The translations under genes and the position numbers were made by a program. The notes beneath the pieces are model-generated. The model did not search any database and was not told the origin of the DNA. It was given only the letters and a program-made list of their open reading frames with translations. Positions 54,448 to 64,000 of a DNA stretch of 64,000 bases are shown here, in pieces. The DNA is from Crocinitomicaceae bacterium. Its GTDB lineage: Bacteria > Bacteroidota > Bacteroidia > Flavobacteriales_D > CAJJDF01. The stretch covers positions 4,572 through 68,571 of the forward strand of contig JAHEIE010000001.1 in the NCBI GenBank assembly GCA_024639505.1, read 5' to 3'. Positions within the stretch are counted from its first letter, which is position 1. The number at the start of each line of letters is the position of its first letter.

Positions 54448-57400
54448 ATGGCGCGAATTTTTGGGCTTATCTCTGTCCTTTTTTTTATATCCCATTTTTC
54501 CTATAGCAATTGCCGAGATATCGTTTCGACTTTTAACACCTCAGCAGACACTGTTTGCGGTTCGGGTCCACACCGAATAGTGTTAACAAACACCAGTACG
54601 GGGACAAATAGCTCTACCGCTGGTTACTTTTGGTACAGAAACGGGGCTCAAATTGCGAATACAGTAGGAACCTCTTCTGGGGTGACAGATTCTATTTTTT
54701 CTAATGGAGTTTACACTTATATGATTGTTGGTTTTGATAGTCTCGGTGTTTGTGCTGATACATTTTACAAATCAGTAATCGCTGTTCAACAGCCCGTTGC
54801 AGATTTCACTTTTCCTATCGGACAACTTTGTCCAAATTCTGTAATTCAATTTACTAATAGCTCGGGAAACACAAACCTAAACACTTCGTATTCATGGAGT
54901 TTTGGAGACGGTTCTGTATCTAAAGTTCAAAATCCTTCGCATTTATATGGTTCAAGCGGTAACTATAATGCTCGTTTAACTATTGGCAATTCATCCAGCT
55001 GTACGAGTCAAATTACCAAAGCAGTTACTATTGCTCCTACTCCCTCAATTTCCATCTCTGGAGATGATGGAACAGGAAGTACATCCAATTGTTTAACTGT
55101 AGGCGACACAACCTCTAGGTATACGATAACCTTCACTAACAACTCGGCTTCTGGTGTAAATTACACGTGGGATTTTGACGATGGAAGTCCTTTAATAAAT
55201 CAAAACTACTCGGGAACAAGTGGTACTTTGGTTCACACTTTTACTTCCTACGGAACGTTTATGGTTGTGTGTTCAGCGGTGGCGCCCAATGGATGTCTGT
55301 ACACGGATACAGTTCAAGTGGATTTTTCTAAATCTACCTCTTCTTCATTCACAATTCCTTCATCGGAAATACAAGGATGTGCGCCACATAACGTAACTCC
55401 AATAAATGGATCTGTAAACGCAACAATATATATTTGGAATTTTGGTGATGGATCCCCTCCGGTTGTTACGTTTTCTCCGGCAGCTCCCACTCACGTTTAC
55501 ACTACTTCTGGTTCTTTCCTTGTAACTCTTGCGGCATCAAACTCTTGCAACACATCTATCACGGTAACAGGTCCAATAACGGTTTCTACAGGTCCTAATA
55601 TTGATTATACCTCCACTTTAATTGGAAAAGGGTGTGCGCCCCAAACTGTTGGGTTTGTAAATAACTCCTCTGATGTTTTTCCTACCAATAATTTTAGATG
55701 GGATATGGGAAATGGAAACTTATACAACGGTTCCAACCCCCCTTTCCAAACTTATCCTGTTGGAAATTATAAAGTAAAACTTTGGGCGGGGAACGGTTGC
55801 GGTGTAGATTCTGTGACACAGAACATCGTTGTAGATTCTTTTCCTACAGGAGGAATCGCACTGAACCAAAATGAAGGCTGTAGTCCGTTAATTGTCAACG
55901 GAAATGGTTTTTCTACAACTCAAGGCGCCCTTATTTCTTGGACAGTAGATACAAATGTTGTGGGTTATGGAAATTCTTTGCCTGTTCAAAATTTTACTAA
56001 TGACACTTCTGTTTTAATAACACACGATATTATTTATACCTCTTCAAATCATTGTGGGAGTTACGACACAACTGTTACTATTAAAATTCATCCTGATGTA
56101 AAAGCAAAACTAGATTCAACAAATACTTCATTTTGTACCGGAACCACTATTTCGCACACTAGTGTTTCGGAAGGAGATTCATTGACATACTTGTGGCGAT
56201 TTGGCAACGGAACAAGCTCAACCGGAATAGGACCAAAAACTATTGTTTACAACAAAAGAGGTGTAGACAGTGTTGAACTAATTGTTAGTGGTTATTGCGG
56301 TGTAGATTCTGTAAAAAAGTACATTTTTGTTGACTCTTTGCCTTATTCTGCAACAACGGTTACCTCATTAAAAAGCTGTTCGCCTAATTCAATAATAGGT
56401 TCTGCTGTTCCGACTGATATTAGCTCTGTTTCCAATTGGTATAGAAATAACAGTTCTTCTGTATATTCAACAGGAAACACGCTAACTCCTTTTACAATAA
56501 ATGCCACAGGAAATACTACTCGTGTAGAAACCTTGAGGTATACCAACACAAATTCATGTGGGGTTTTTGATACCACCTATACAATAACTACTCACCCGTC
56601 AGTTGAGGCCAGACTAAACAACACTTCCACTAGTGTTTGTACAGGTGCTTCGTTGACTCATCAGAGTAACTCTTACGGAGACTCTCTTTCTTATTTCTGG
56701 GATTTTGGAAACGGAACTACTTCTGTTTTGCCTGGTCCGCATACAATTACATACAATACCAACGGACAAGATACTTTGGTGCTTATCGTTACCGGGTTTT
56801 GTGGTTCAGATACTATTACCAAAATTATTTCGGTTGATCCAAGCTCTAGCTCACAAGTAACACTTTCTGCTGATAGTGGATGTTCACCTCTTATTGTTAC
56901 AGGTTCTGCTATCAATACAGGTTCAGGAGTTACGAGTAGATGGTATCAAAATGGTGGTTTTTTTCCTTTTGGATTCAATACCAATATGCCTATTAGAACA
57001 TTCACAAACAACAGTAATTCGGTGAATACTGAGAGCATCCGATTTACTTCCTCCAACTCTTGTGGAAATTATGACACAACCATAAACATAACGGTTTTAC
57101 CAAGTGTTGTGGCAAGACTGAATAATACTGCAACCAATATTTGTACTGGAACTTCGCTCACTCATCAGAGTAATTCTTACGGAGATTCTCTTTCTTATTT
57201 CTGGGATTTTGGAAACGGAACAACCTCAACACTTCCGGGGCCGCACACGATTAATTACGCAACTCAAACAGTAGACACGCTCACCCTTATTGTTACAGGA
57301 ACTTGTGGTGCTGATACCATTCAAAAAACAATAACCGTAAGTTCTACCACCAGCGCAAATGTAAACTGGTCAACAACAGAGGGTTGTTCTCCTTTGATTG

Positions 57401-60400
57401 TTAATGGATTAGCAACCTCTCCCGTTCAAAACGTAACTATGAGATGGTACGAAAACGGCTGGATCTTTCCTTTTGCAACCGATAGTGTGATGCCGCCAAG
57501 AAACTATGTGAATAATGGAAATACGACTATCACCAATAGTATTAGACTAAATGCCTCCTCAACTTGTGGTAGTTTTGATACTACAATTACAATTACCATT
57601 CACCCTTCTGTCTCGTCAGTAATATCAGTAAATGATAACCAAATATGCTCTGGCGAAACTGTTTCTTTCTCCAACCAATCAAGAGGTGATAGCTTGAGGT
57701 ATTTATGGATTTTTAGCAACGGAGATACTTCAAATGTTTTTGGTCCACATTCGAGAACTTTAAGGAATTATGGCAAGGATACTACTTGGTTAATCACAAC
57801 CGGGTATTGTGGTTCTGACACAAGTTTTTCGGTGGTTGAGGTTAATAGGGCTCCAGTTGCTCAAATTACTCAAAGTAAGGATAGTGGATGTGAAGATTTA
57901 ACCGTTCTTTTTGATAACAACGCTCCTTCAGGTTCAAATTACAGCTGGACATTCACCAATGGGAATCCTTCTGTTTCTAATTCAAAAAACAATTCGGTAG
58001 TGTTTCAAACTCCAGGAAATCACTCGGTTTTTTTAAGTGTAGATAGTTTGGGTTGCACATCCCGTGACACAACCCAAGTATTAGTATTTCAAGGACCGGT
58101 TGCCAGCTTTAGTTTAACGCCCTTAGAAGGTTGTTCTGGGTTAGAGGTTTTTATTACCAACACATCGGTCAACTCCTCTTCCAGTTCATACAATTGGGTG
58201 TTTGGAAACGGAAACTCAGACTCTGTTTTCTCTCCTTCTTCTCAGGTTTTTAACAACCCTAATCCGGCTACGGATAGCGTACAAGAAATAAAACTTATTA
58301 TTCAAACAGCTAATGGATGTTCAGATAGTATTTCAAAAATTGTAACCGTGAACCCTGTGCCTTTTTCTTCTTTTTCACTTGCTGATACTGCACAATGTGA
58401 AAGCACATTAAATACGTTTATAACTAACTCTTTGGGAGGAAATTCTTACACATGGTACTTTGGTGATGGCGACTCTAGTGCTTCGGTTTCTCCAACTCAC
58501 AGCTATTCTGCTGCGGGGGTTTACACTATACAATTAATTGTATTTAACAGTAAAAACTGCAGCGACACTTCAAGCCAAACAATAACGGTACACCCAAATC
58601 CTGTGGCACAGTTTGTTTTTGATTCTGTATGCTTTGGCCAAGCTACAAGCTTTATAGATTCTTCTCTTTTTGGTCCAGTGAACTGGAAATGGTCTTTTGG
58701 TGATGGCGACAGTTCTTCTCTTCAAAATCCACTTCATGTGTATTCAAATCATGGGCAATTCAATACCAGGTTACTAGTGCATAATCAGTTTGGATGTTCC
58801 GATTCATTGACAAAAACAGTTGCGGTATTTGAAACGCCAAATGCACATTTTTCATATTCTACTTCTTGCGCCAAAAGCCCTATATTTTTCACAGACTCTT
58901 CTTCAGGAAATCCTGTAAGGTGGTTCTGGGACTTTGATGACGGCAACACCGATACATCGCAAAATCCAAGTCATACTTTTGCTGTGGGAGGAATTTACAA
59001 CGTAAGCTTAATTGCCCAAAACGCTTCGGGTTGTTCTGATACATTAGTTGCTCCTGTTTCTGTTCAAACAATACCACAAACAAGTTTTGCGGCAAACAAT
59101 GTGTGTTTAGGATATGCTACTTCGTTCACAAATACATCTGTTACCAATTTGCCTGTTGCGTCCTATTTTTGGGACTTTGGGAACGGAAATTTTTCAAACT
59201 TAGCTAATCCAAATTTTCAATACTTGGCGTCCGGAAGCTACTTTGTTTCCCTTACTGTCACAAATATTTATGGGTGCGATAGCACTTACACCGACTCAGT
59301 ATTTGTATACGATGCGCCTTCACTCTCTTTCTTTAGCTTTGATACCGTTTGTGCCAATAATGCAACTACTTTTCAAACCCAATTTTCGAGCGACATACTA
59401 ATCGTAGATTATGGTGACGGATCCATCATAGATAGTTTTCCTTCTGGTACGACTTCCTTTTTGCACACTTATAGTTCGGGAGGTGTATATTCTTTGTCTG
59501 TCAAATTAATGTCTCTTTCTGGTTGCACAGATAGCGCTATACTTCCTGTGGTAGTAACCACGTCTCCTTCTGCTCATATTTCGGTGTTTGCCAGTTCTTT
59601 TTGTATTGGTGATTCCATTCAGTTTTTGAATAATTCGCTCAACGCAAATTCTTATTTATGGAATTTTGGAGATTTATTAGGGTGGCAACCCAATAGTAGT
59701 GTTGGAATAAATCCCGTTTATGCATACCAAAACTCGGGGATTTACTCCGTGGAACTTATTGCTTTTAGTGGAAGTTCGTGTTCCGATACAACACTTGTTC
59801 CTTTGTCAATTAATATTTTACCAAACACTATTCCTGATTTTATGGCGGATACTGTATGTTTTGGAAACGCTACTACTTTTACCAATTTAGATACAAATCT
59901 TGTTCCGCTCGGAACTTATACTTGGGATTTTGGAGATGGCAATTTCTCTACAGGAATAAATAAAACGTACACCTATTCTGCGGCTGGAAATTATAATGTA
60001 ACGCTTACGTTTACCAATATTTCTGGATGTACCAGTTCTTTTACCAAAGTTGTGGTTGTAAGCTCTGGTTCTGTAGCTAATTTTACTCACGATACTGTTT
60101 GTGTAGGGCTTTCCACATCGTTTTCAGATGTTTCGTTAGGAAATCCAACTTCTTGGATATGGAATTACGGAGATTTTTCTCCATTAGATAGCGCTTCTGG
60201 TCCCAATGCTCAGCACGCGTATTTATCGGGGGGAAGATATTTTGTAACTCTCACAGTATTTGATTCCATTTCTGGTTGTTCCAGTCAAGCCACACATTTT
60301 GTTGAGGTTTTGAATGGCGCACAGGCTATTTTCAATGTCTCTAGTCCTGTTTGTGAAGGAACTGTTTCTAATTTCTTAAACTTATCGTCATCGGCCGGAG

Positions 60401-61845
60401 GAAGTATAACAACAGTAAACTGGCAGTTTGGTGATGGAGATTCATCCTCGCTTGTCAATCCTACTCACACGTATACAAATACTGGTGTTTACACAGTAAA
60501 ATTAAGTGTTGCATCAAACAACGGTTGTATCGATGAAGACTCAAGTTCAATTATAGTAAACTCTAAACCGGTTGCAAATTTTGGAAACAACAGCGCTGTT
60601 TGTCAAGGAAATCCTGTGTTGTTCACAGATTCATCTTCCCTCAGTTTTGGTAGAATAGAAAACTGGTACTGGAATTTTGGAAATGGAACTTTAGATTCAA
60701 ATCAAAATCCAACCACAGTATTCACCTCAGCCGGAACATTTCCTGTTTCTCTTCAAGTTGTTTCTGACTCGGGTTGCAGCGACATGATTACTAAAACAAT
60801 TTTAATCAGTGCCAAACCACTTGTAGATATTAATTTTTCGCCAGCTTGTGTAGGCGACACCGTATATTTTACAGAAAACTGTAGCATTGCAATACCTGAT
60901 TCTATTGTAAATTGGTTTTGGGAGTTTGGAGATGGAAACACTTCCACGCTTAAGAACCCAAGTCATGTTTACCTTTCAAACAATGGATCTTATCAGGTGA
61001 AACTCACCGTTACATCTTCTTTGGGTTGTGCAAGCGACAGCTCTTTTACCGTTTCTCTTTTACCTGTTCCAAACTTTAATTATGGTCCGGAAAAATTTGC
61101 TTATTGCGAAAAAGAACCGGTTCAATTTTACGACAGTTCCACAATTGCTTTACCTAGCACTATTGTAGGATGGGAGTGGTATTTTAGAGACGGTTTTAAC
61201 TCTTTCAGTCAAAATCCGGTACATACTTATGATTCTGCAGGAAATTATCGCATAAAGGTGCGTATTACATCTTCTGATGGTTGTGTGTACTACGATTCTT
61301 TGCCAGCACCACTTATCATTTATCCAAATCCTGTGGCCAACTTTACGCCTGTTCCTTCGGTGCTGTCTGTTTTCAGACCCGAAACTTATTTAGAAAATTC
61401 TTCGACAGGTGCTACCAATTGGACTTGGGATTTTGGCGATAGTACTGCTGTATTTGGATTTAATCCTACTCATTTATTTCCAAATGTGGTGGGAGTTTAT
61501 CCTGTTACTCAATTTGCTTATACCGATTTTGGATGTGTAGATTCTTTCACAAAAAATGTAGTAGTAAAAGACGAATACACTCTTTATGTTCCTAATTCTT
61601 TTACGCCAGAAAAAGAGTTTAATAGAGAGTTTAAAGTGTACGGACACGAAATAAAAAACTTTAGTATCAAGATTTTTAATCGCTGGGGGGAGTTGGTTTA
61701 TGAGTCAGTCTATTTTAACAAATCCTGGGATGGAACGCACAAAGGAGAAAAATGTCCTTCGGGAGTTTATGTGTATCAAATTATTGCATCAGATCCTCAA
61801 GGAAATAATTATAAAAAATCTGGTTTTATAAACTTATTGAGATAA
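54448..61845 (+). CDS. Giant cell-surface protein: about 23 PKD-like domains plus a T9SS type B (gliding-motility-associated) C-terminal domain
   Basis: 2465 aa with a signal peptide. About 23 occurrences of the W.FGDG/W.FGNG PKD hallmark. The C-terminal 90 aa read YVPNSFTPEKEFNREFKV...IFNRWGELVY...WDGTHKGEKCPSGVYVYQI. Confidence 0.9.
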   Translation: MARIFGLISVLFFISHFSYSNCRDIVSTFNTSADTVCGSGPHRIVLTNTSTGTNSSTAGYFWYRNGAQIANTVGTSSGVTDSIFSNGVYTYMIVGFDSLGVCADTFYKSVIAVQQPVADFTFPIGQLCPNSVIQFTNSSGNTNLNTSYSWSFGDGSVSKVQNPSHLYGSSGNYNARLTIGNSSSCTSQITKAVTIAPTPSISISGDDGTGSTSNCLTVGDTTSRYTITFTNNSASGVNYTWDFDDGSPLINQNYSGTSGTLVHTFTSYGTFMVVCSAVAPNGCLYTDTVQVDFSKSTSSSFTIPSSEIQGCAPHNVTPINGSVNATIYIWNFGDGSPPVVTFSPAAPTHVYTTSGSFLVTLAASNSCNTSITVTGPITVSTGPNIDYTSTLIGKGCAPQTVGFVNNSSDVFPTNNFRWDMGNGNLYNGSNPPFQTYPVGNYKVKLWAGNGCGVDSVTQNIVVDSFPTGGIALNQNEGCSPLIVNGNGFSTTQGALISWTVDTNVVGYGNSLPVQNFTNDTSVLITHDIIYTSSNHCGSYDTTVTIKIHPDVKAKLDSTNTSFCTGTTISHTSVSEGDSLTYLWRFGNGTSSTGIGPKTIVYNKRGVDSVELIVSGYCGVDSVKKYIFVDSLPYSATTVTSLKSCSPNSIIGSAVPTDISSVSNWYRNNSSSVYSTGNTLTPFTINATGNTTRVETLRYTNTNSCGVFDTTYTITTHPSVEARLNNTSTSVCTGASLTHQSNSYGDSLSYFWDFGNGTTSVLPGPHTITYNTNGQDTLVLIVTGFCGSDTITKIISVDPSSSSQVTLSADSGCSPLIVTGSAINTGSGVTSRWYQNGGFFPFGFNTNMPIRTFTNNSNSVNTESIRFTSSNSCGNYDTTINITVLPSVVARLNNTATNICTGTSLTHQSNSYGDSLSYFWDFGNGTTSTLPGPHTINYATQTVDTLTLIVTGTCGADTIQKTITVSSTTSANVNWSTTEGCSPLIVNGLATSPVQNVTMRWYENGWIFPFATDSVMPPRNYVNNGNTTITNSIRLNASSTCGSFDTTITITIHPSVSSVISVNDNQICSGETVSFSNQSRGDSLRYLWIFSNGDTSNVFGPHSRTLRNYGKDTTWLITTGYCGSDTSFSVVEVNRAPVAQITQSKDSGCEDLTVLFDNNAPSGSNYSWTFTNGNPSVSNSKNNSVVFQTPGNHSVFLSVDSLGCTSRDTTQVLVFQGPVASFSLTPLEGCSGLEVFITNTSVNSSSSSYNWVFGNGNSDSVFSPSSQVFNNPNPATDSVQEIKLIIQTANGCSDSISKIVTVNPVPFSSFSLADTAQCESTLNTFITNSLGGNSYTWYFGDGDSSASVSPTHSYSAAGVYTIQLIVFNSKNCSDTSSQTITVHPNPVAQFVFDSVCFGQATSFIDSSLFGPVNWKWSFGDGDSSSLQNPLHVYSNHGQFNTRLLVHNQFGCSDSLTKTVAVFETPNAHFSYSTSCAKSPIFFTDSSSGNPVRWFWDFDDGNTDTSQNPSHTFAVGGIYNVSLIAQNASGCSDTLVAPVSVQTIPQTSFAANNVCLGYATSFTNTSVTNLPVASYFWDFGNGNFSNLANPNFQYLASGSYFVSLTVTNIYGCDSTYTDSVFVYDAPSLSFFSFDTVCANNATTFQTQFSSDILIVDYGDGSIIDSFPSGTTSFLHTYSSGGVYSLSVKLMSLSGCTDSAILPVVVTTSPSAHISVFASSFCIGDSIQFLNNSLNANSYLWNFGDLLGWQPNSSVGINPVYAYQNSGIYSVELIAFSGSSCSDTTLVPLSINILPNTIPDFMADTVCFGNATTFTNLDTNLVPLGTYTWDFGDGNFSTGINKTYTYSAAGNYNVTLTFTNISGCTSSFTKVVVVSSGSVANFTHDTVCVGLSTSFSDVSLGNPTSWIWNYGDFSPLDSASGPNAQHAYLSGGRYFVTLTVFDSISGCSSQATHFVEVLNGAQAIFNVSSPVCEGTVSNFLNLSSSAGGSITTVNWQFGDGDSSSLVNPTHTYTNTGVYTVKLSVASNNGCIDEDSSSIIVNSKPVANFGNNSAVCQGNPVLFTDSSSLSFGRIENWYWNFGNGTLDSNQNPTTVFTSAGTFPVSLQVVSDSGCSDMITKTILISAKPLVDINFSPACVGDTVYFTENCSIAIPDSIVNWFWEFGDGNTSTLKNPSHVYLSNNGSYQVKLTVTSSLGCASDSSFTVSLLPVPNFNYGPEKFAYCEKEPVQFYDSSTIALPSTIVGWEWYFRDGFNSFSQNPVHTYDSAGNYRIKVRITSSDGCVYYDSLPAPLIIYPNPVANFTPVPSVLSVFRPETYLENSSTGATNWTWDFGDSTAVFGFNPTHLFPNVVGVYPVTQFAYTDFGCVDSFTKNVVVKDEYTLYVPNSFTPEKEFNREFKVYGHEIKNFSIKIFNRWGELVYESVYFNKSWDGTHKGEKCPSGVYVYQIIASDPQGNNYKKSGFINLLR
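55840..57852 (+). repeat. Intragenic tandem array: four units of about 504 nt (168 aa), each an Ig-like CSP(L/N) module plus a PKD module
   Basis: The conserved Cys of the CSP motif lies at aa 478, 644, 812 and 980. Units 2 and 3 share a 62-nt stretch with 2 mismatches (56656-56717 versus 57160-57221, offset exactly 504). Confidence 0.85.
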
Positions 61846-61879
61846 AAAAAGGGCTGAAACAAATGTTTCAGCCCTTTTT
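61844..61879. terminator. Bidirectional rho-independent terminator
   Basis: A7, a perfect 10-bp stem gggctgaaac/gtttcagccc, then T5, lying between convergent genes. Confidence 0.85.
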
Positions 61880-61900
61880 GCTTTTAAAATTCTTCTTGAA

Positions 61901-62323
61901 TTAGTGTGTTATTTTCTCAAATGCATCTTCAAAATCTACCTTGTTATTTATAAATTCGATAGTTTGAGTATACAACTCTTCTGTTCTTTCTTCTGAATAA
62001 CCCAATCCTATTGCAAACCTGTGAATCAATTTATCTTGTTTTTCTCCAATAATCCCATCAGACAACATCATTTGAATTAATCTAAAAAATCTTTTGTAAC
62101 GATCTTCTCTATCTGTTGGTGGGTTAATTGCGTGTTTTCCAATATTCTTAATTATAGAGTCTAACTGCTCATTAGAAATACTCAGTCTTCTGGCAAATTT
62201 TTCTAATAATTCTCTTTCCTCTCCTACTATTTGTCCGTCTGTAAGAGCTACCTCAACCAAGTTTTCTAGGTGAGAGTGGTTTCTTGTTTGTTGACCTCCT
62301 TGAAATGCGTCTGATATTGACAT
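61901..62323 (-). CDS. TerB-like (tellurite-resistance TerB / DjlA N-terminal-type) domain protein
   Basis: 140 aa. VALTDGQIVGEERELLEKFARRLSIS and MMLSDGIIGEKQDKLIHRFAIGLG form a duplicated TerB-type helical motif. Confidence 0.55.
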   Translation of the reverse strand: MSISDAFQGGQQTRNHSHLENLVEVALTDGQIVGEERELLEKFARRLSISNEQLDSIIKNIGKHAINPPTDREDRYKRFFRLIQMMLSDGIIGEKQDKLIHRFAIGLGYSEERTEELYTQTIEFINNKVDFEDAFEKITH

Positions 62324-62359
62324 GTGTATTCTTGTTTTTAAATTTTTTACAAATATATT

Positions 62360-63058
62360 TTAATTTTCATTTAATTCTAACTTAAACCCTACTCCGTGAA
62401 TATTGTTTATTTGAATTCCTTCATCGTACTTTAAGTATTTTCTTAGTTTAGTAATGAACACATCCAAGCTTCTACCGTTAAAGTAGTTATCGTCACCCCA
62501 AATCATGTTCAAAACCAAGCTTCTTTCTATTACTCTGTTTCTGTTTTCAGAAAGTAATTTAAGAATTGCTGTTTCTCTTTTAGTCAGTTTTTTGTTTTCT
62601 TCTTTGTGGCTCAATTTCAAATTTTGAAAATCCAATTCGTAACTTCCTAAATAAATTATTCCTTCATTTTCATCCTCGTCTGTTTCATTGTTTGCTCTTC
62701 TCAAAATCGCTTTTATTCTTAATAAAAACTCTTCTCTGTTGAATGGTTTTGTGATGTAATCATCACCTCCAGCTTTAAATCCTTTTACTTTATCCTCAGG
62801 ATTTGATTTTGCCGTAAGGAAAATAATAGGAATTTCTTTATCTACTTTTCTTATGTCTTCAGCTATCTCATACCCATCTTTTTCTGGAAGCATCACATCC
62901 AACAAACACACATCGTATTTGTTTTTATTAAATTTTTGTAATCCTTCTTTTCCATCCCTACATAAATGAACTGTATATCCTTCAAGATTTAAAAAATCTT
63001 GTACTACTATTCCTAAATTAAAATCATCCTCTACTAATAAAATGTTCCTTTTTTCCAT
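62360..63058 (-). CDS. OmpR/PhoB-family response regulator
   Basis: Receiver domain (LLVEDD, LLDVMLP, K in TAKS) plus a winged-helix output domain (LTKRETAILKLL..VFITKLRKYL). Confidence 0.9.
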   Translation of the reverse strand: MEKRNILLVEDDFNLGIVVQDFLNLEGYTVHLCRDGKEGLQKFNKNKYDVCLLDVMLPEKDGYEIAEDIRKVDKEIPIIFLTAKSNPEDKVKGFKAGGDDYITKPFNREEFLLRIKAILRRANNETDEDENEGIIYLGSYELDFQNLKLSHKEENKKLTKRETAILKLLSENRNRVIERSLVLNMIWGDDNYFNGRSLDVFITKLRKYLKYDEGIQINNIHGVGFKLELNEN

Positions 63059-63067
63059 TGTATTTTT

Positions 63068-64000
63068 TTAATTTGTAGTCACAGGAAAAGTTAAAACAAA
63101 AGTGCTTCCTTTTCCAATTTTACTCTCTATTTCTATTCCACCACCATGCTTTTCTATCATTTGTTTCACGTAGTAAAGACCTAATCCAAAACCTTTTACA
63201 TTATGAACATCTCCTGTGGGAACGCGATAAAATTTATCAAAAATTTGTTTTGAATCTTCTTTTTTGATCCCAATTCCGTTGTCCGCAATACGCAACTCAA
63301 TTTTGTCGTCAGTATTCACCGTGGTGATTGTAATATTTGGTTTTTCGGGCGAGTACTTATTTGCATTATCAAACAAGTTATAAATAATATTAGTAATATG
63401 AATAACATCTCCTTTTATATGCGTTTTTGATGCATTAAGATGCGATACTATTTTTCCATTTCTATCCTTTACCGGAACACTAAACGTACTGATACAAGTT
63501 TCTATTACCTCATGAATATCGAGACTTTCGAATTTCAATTTTATCACACCTTTGTCCAATTTTGCAATCTGAAGTACTCTTTCTACTTGGTTTTCTAATC
63601 TTTTATTTTCGGTTTTTATTATCGATAAATACCTACTTAATCTCTCATTTTTGCTTGTTTCTTCCGCATTTAATAAAACATCGGTAGAAAGTGAAATGGT
63701 AGAAATTGGTGTTTTCAGCTCATGAGTCATATTATTAATAAAATCATAGGTGATTTTAGAAATTTTCTTTTGTTTTAAAATTCCGTTTGCAAGATAAAAA
63801 CTAAAAAAACTAGCAATCAAAATTACAAATGTTGCCAACATCAACATATAAGGTAAAGAAGATTTTTTTATTGGTTCAGATTTTTTTAAGTCCGAAAAAT
63901 AAACTCCAAAATAATATCCATCGTGTTCCCATTTTAATGGAAATTTTTCTGTGTTTGCAGTTGTAAATTCATCAAAAATTATGGAATCTGTAAAGCAATC
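63068..64000 (-). CDS. Sensor histidine kinase (5' end outside the window)
   Basis: HisKA H-box NMTHELKTPIS and HATPase N/G boxes (DNANKYS, DNGIGI, GFGLGL). By hand translation the frame stays open upstream of the listed Met (63847) all the way to base 64000, so the N-terminal sensor part is truncated by the window. Confidence 0.85.
   Translation of the reverse strand, partial: DCFTDSIIFDEFTTANTEKFPLKWEHDGYYFGVYFSDLKKSEPIKKSSLPYMLMLATFVILIASFFSFYLANGILKQKKISKITYDFINNMTHELKTPISTISLSTDVLLNAEETSKNERLSRYLSIIKTENKRLENQVERVLQIAKLDKGVIKLKFESLDIHEVIETCISTFSVPVKDRNGKIVSHLNASKTHIKGDVIHITNIIYNLFDNANKYSPEKPNITITTVNTDDKIELRIADNGIGIKKEDSKQIFDKFYRVPTGDVHNVKGFGLGLYYVKQMIEKHGGGIEIESKIGKGSTFVLTFPVTTN

Overview
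The window is a 64-kb, AT-rich chromosomal segment. I infer a Bacteroidota origin, probably a gliding member of the Flavobacteriia. The evidence is three predicted T9SS cargo proteins with type A or type B C-terminal sorting domains, a fused BCKDH-like E1 alpha/beta gene, a candidate capnine sulfonolipid gene pair, and many F-terminated outer-membrane proteins.

Most of the window is ordinary core metabolism and information processing: msrB, selO, ruvC, glyQS, purK, valS, metK, pabB, pepP, an ABC-F ATPase and ferritin. I found no rRNA, tRNA, CRISPR array, prophage or recognisable defence system.

The loci I consider most worth a second look are:
- A LexA-like repressor, Y-family polymerase and DnaE2 mutagenesis cassette (18.1-23.7 kb). 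The polymerase gene is bracketed by two copies of an uncharacterised purine-rich repeat.
- A translationally coupled CBS-fold and alpha-oxoamine-synthase pair (48.6-50.9 kb). It fits capA/capB and is preceded, 25 nt upstream and in the same orientation, by a short IS1595-transposase-like protein that seems to lack the catalytic Glu.
- A membrane-anchored class III adenylate cyclase fused to an HD domain (0.46-2.0 kb).
- A 252-aa protein with a C..PK / PAC..KC cysteine motif, divergent from an S4 RNA-binding protein (45.3-46.5 kb).
- A mosaic of short structured intergenic repeats. It includes a 143-bp MITE-like element with perfect 27-bp terminal inverted repeats (43028-43170), and hairpin modules whose stems show compensatory changes.
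- A 2465-aa protein with about 23 PKD domains, a type B T9SS C-terminal domain, and an internal array of four 504-nt two-domain units.

None of these is demonstrably a new system from sequence alone. All functional calls rest on motif recognition by eye, with no database searches.
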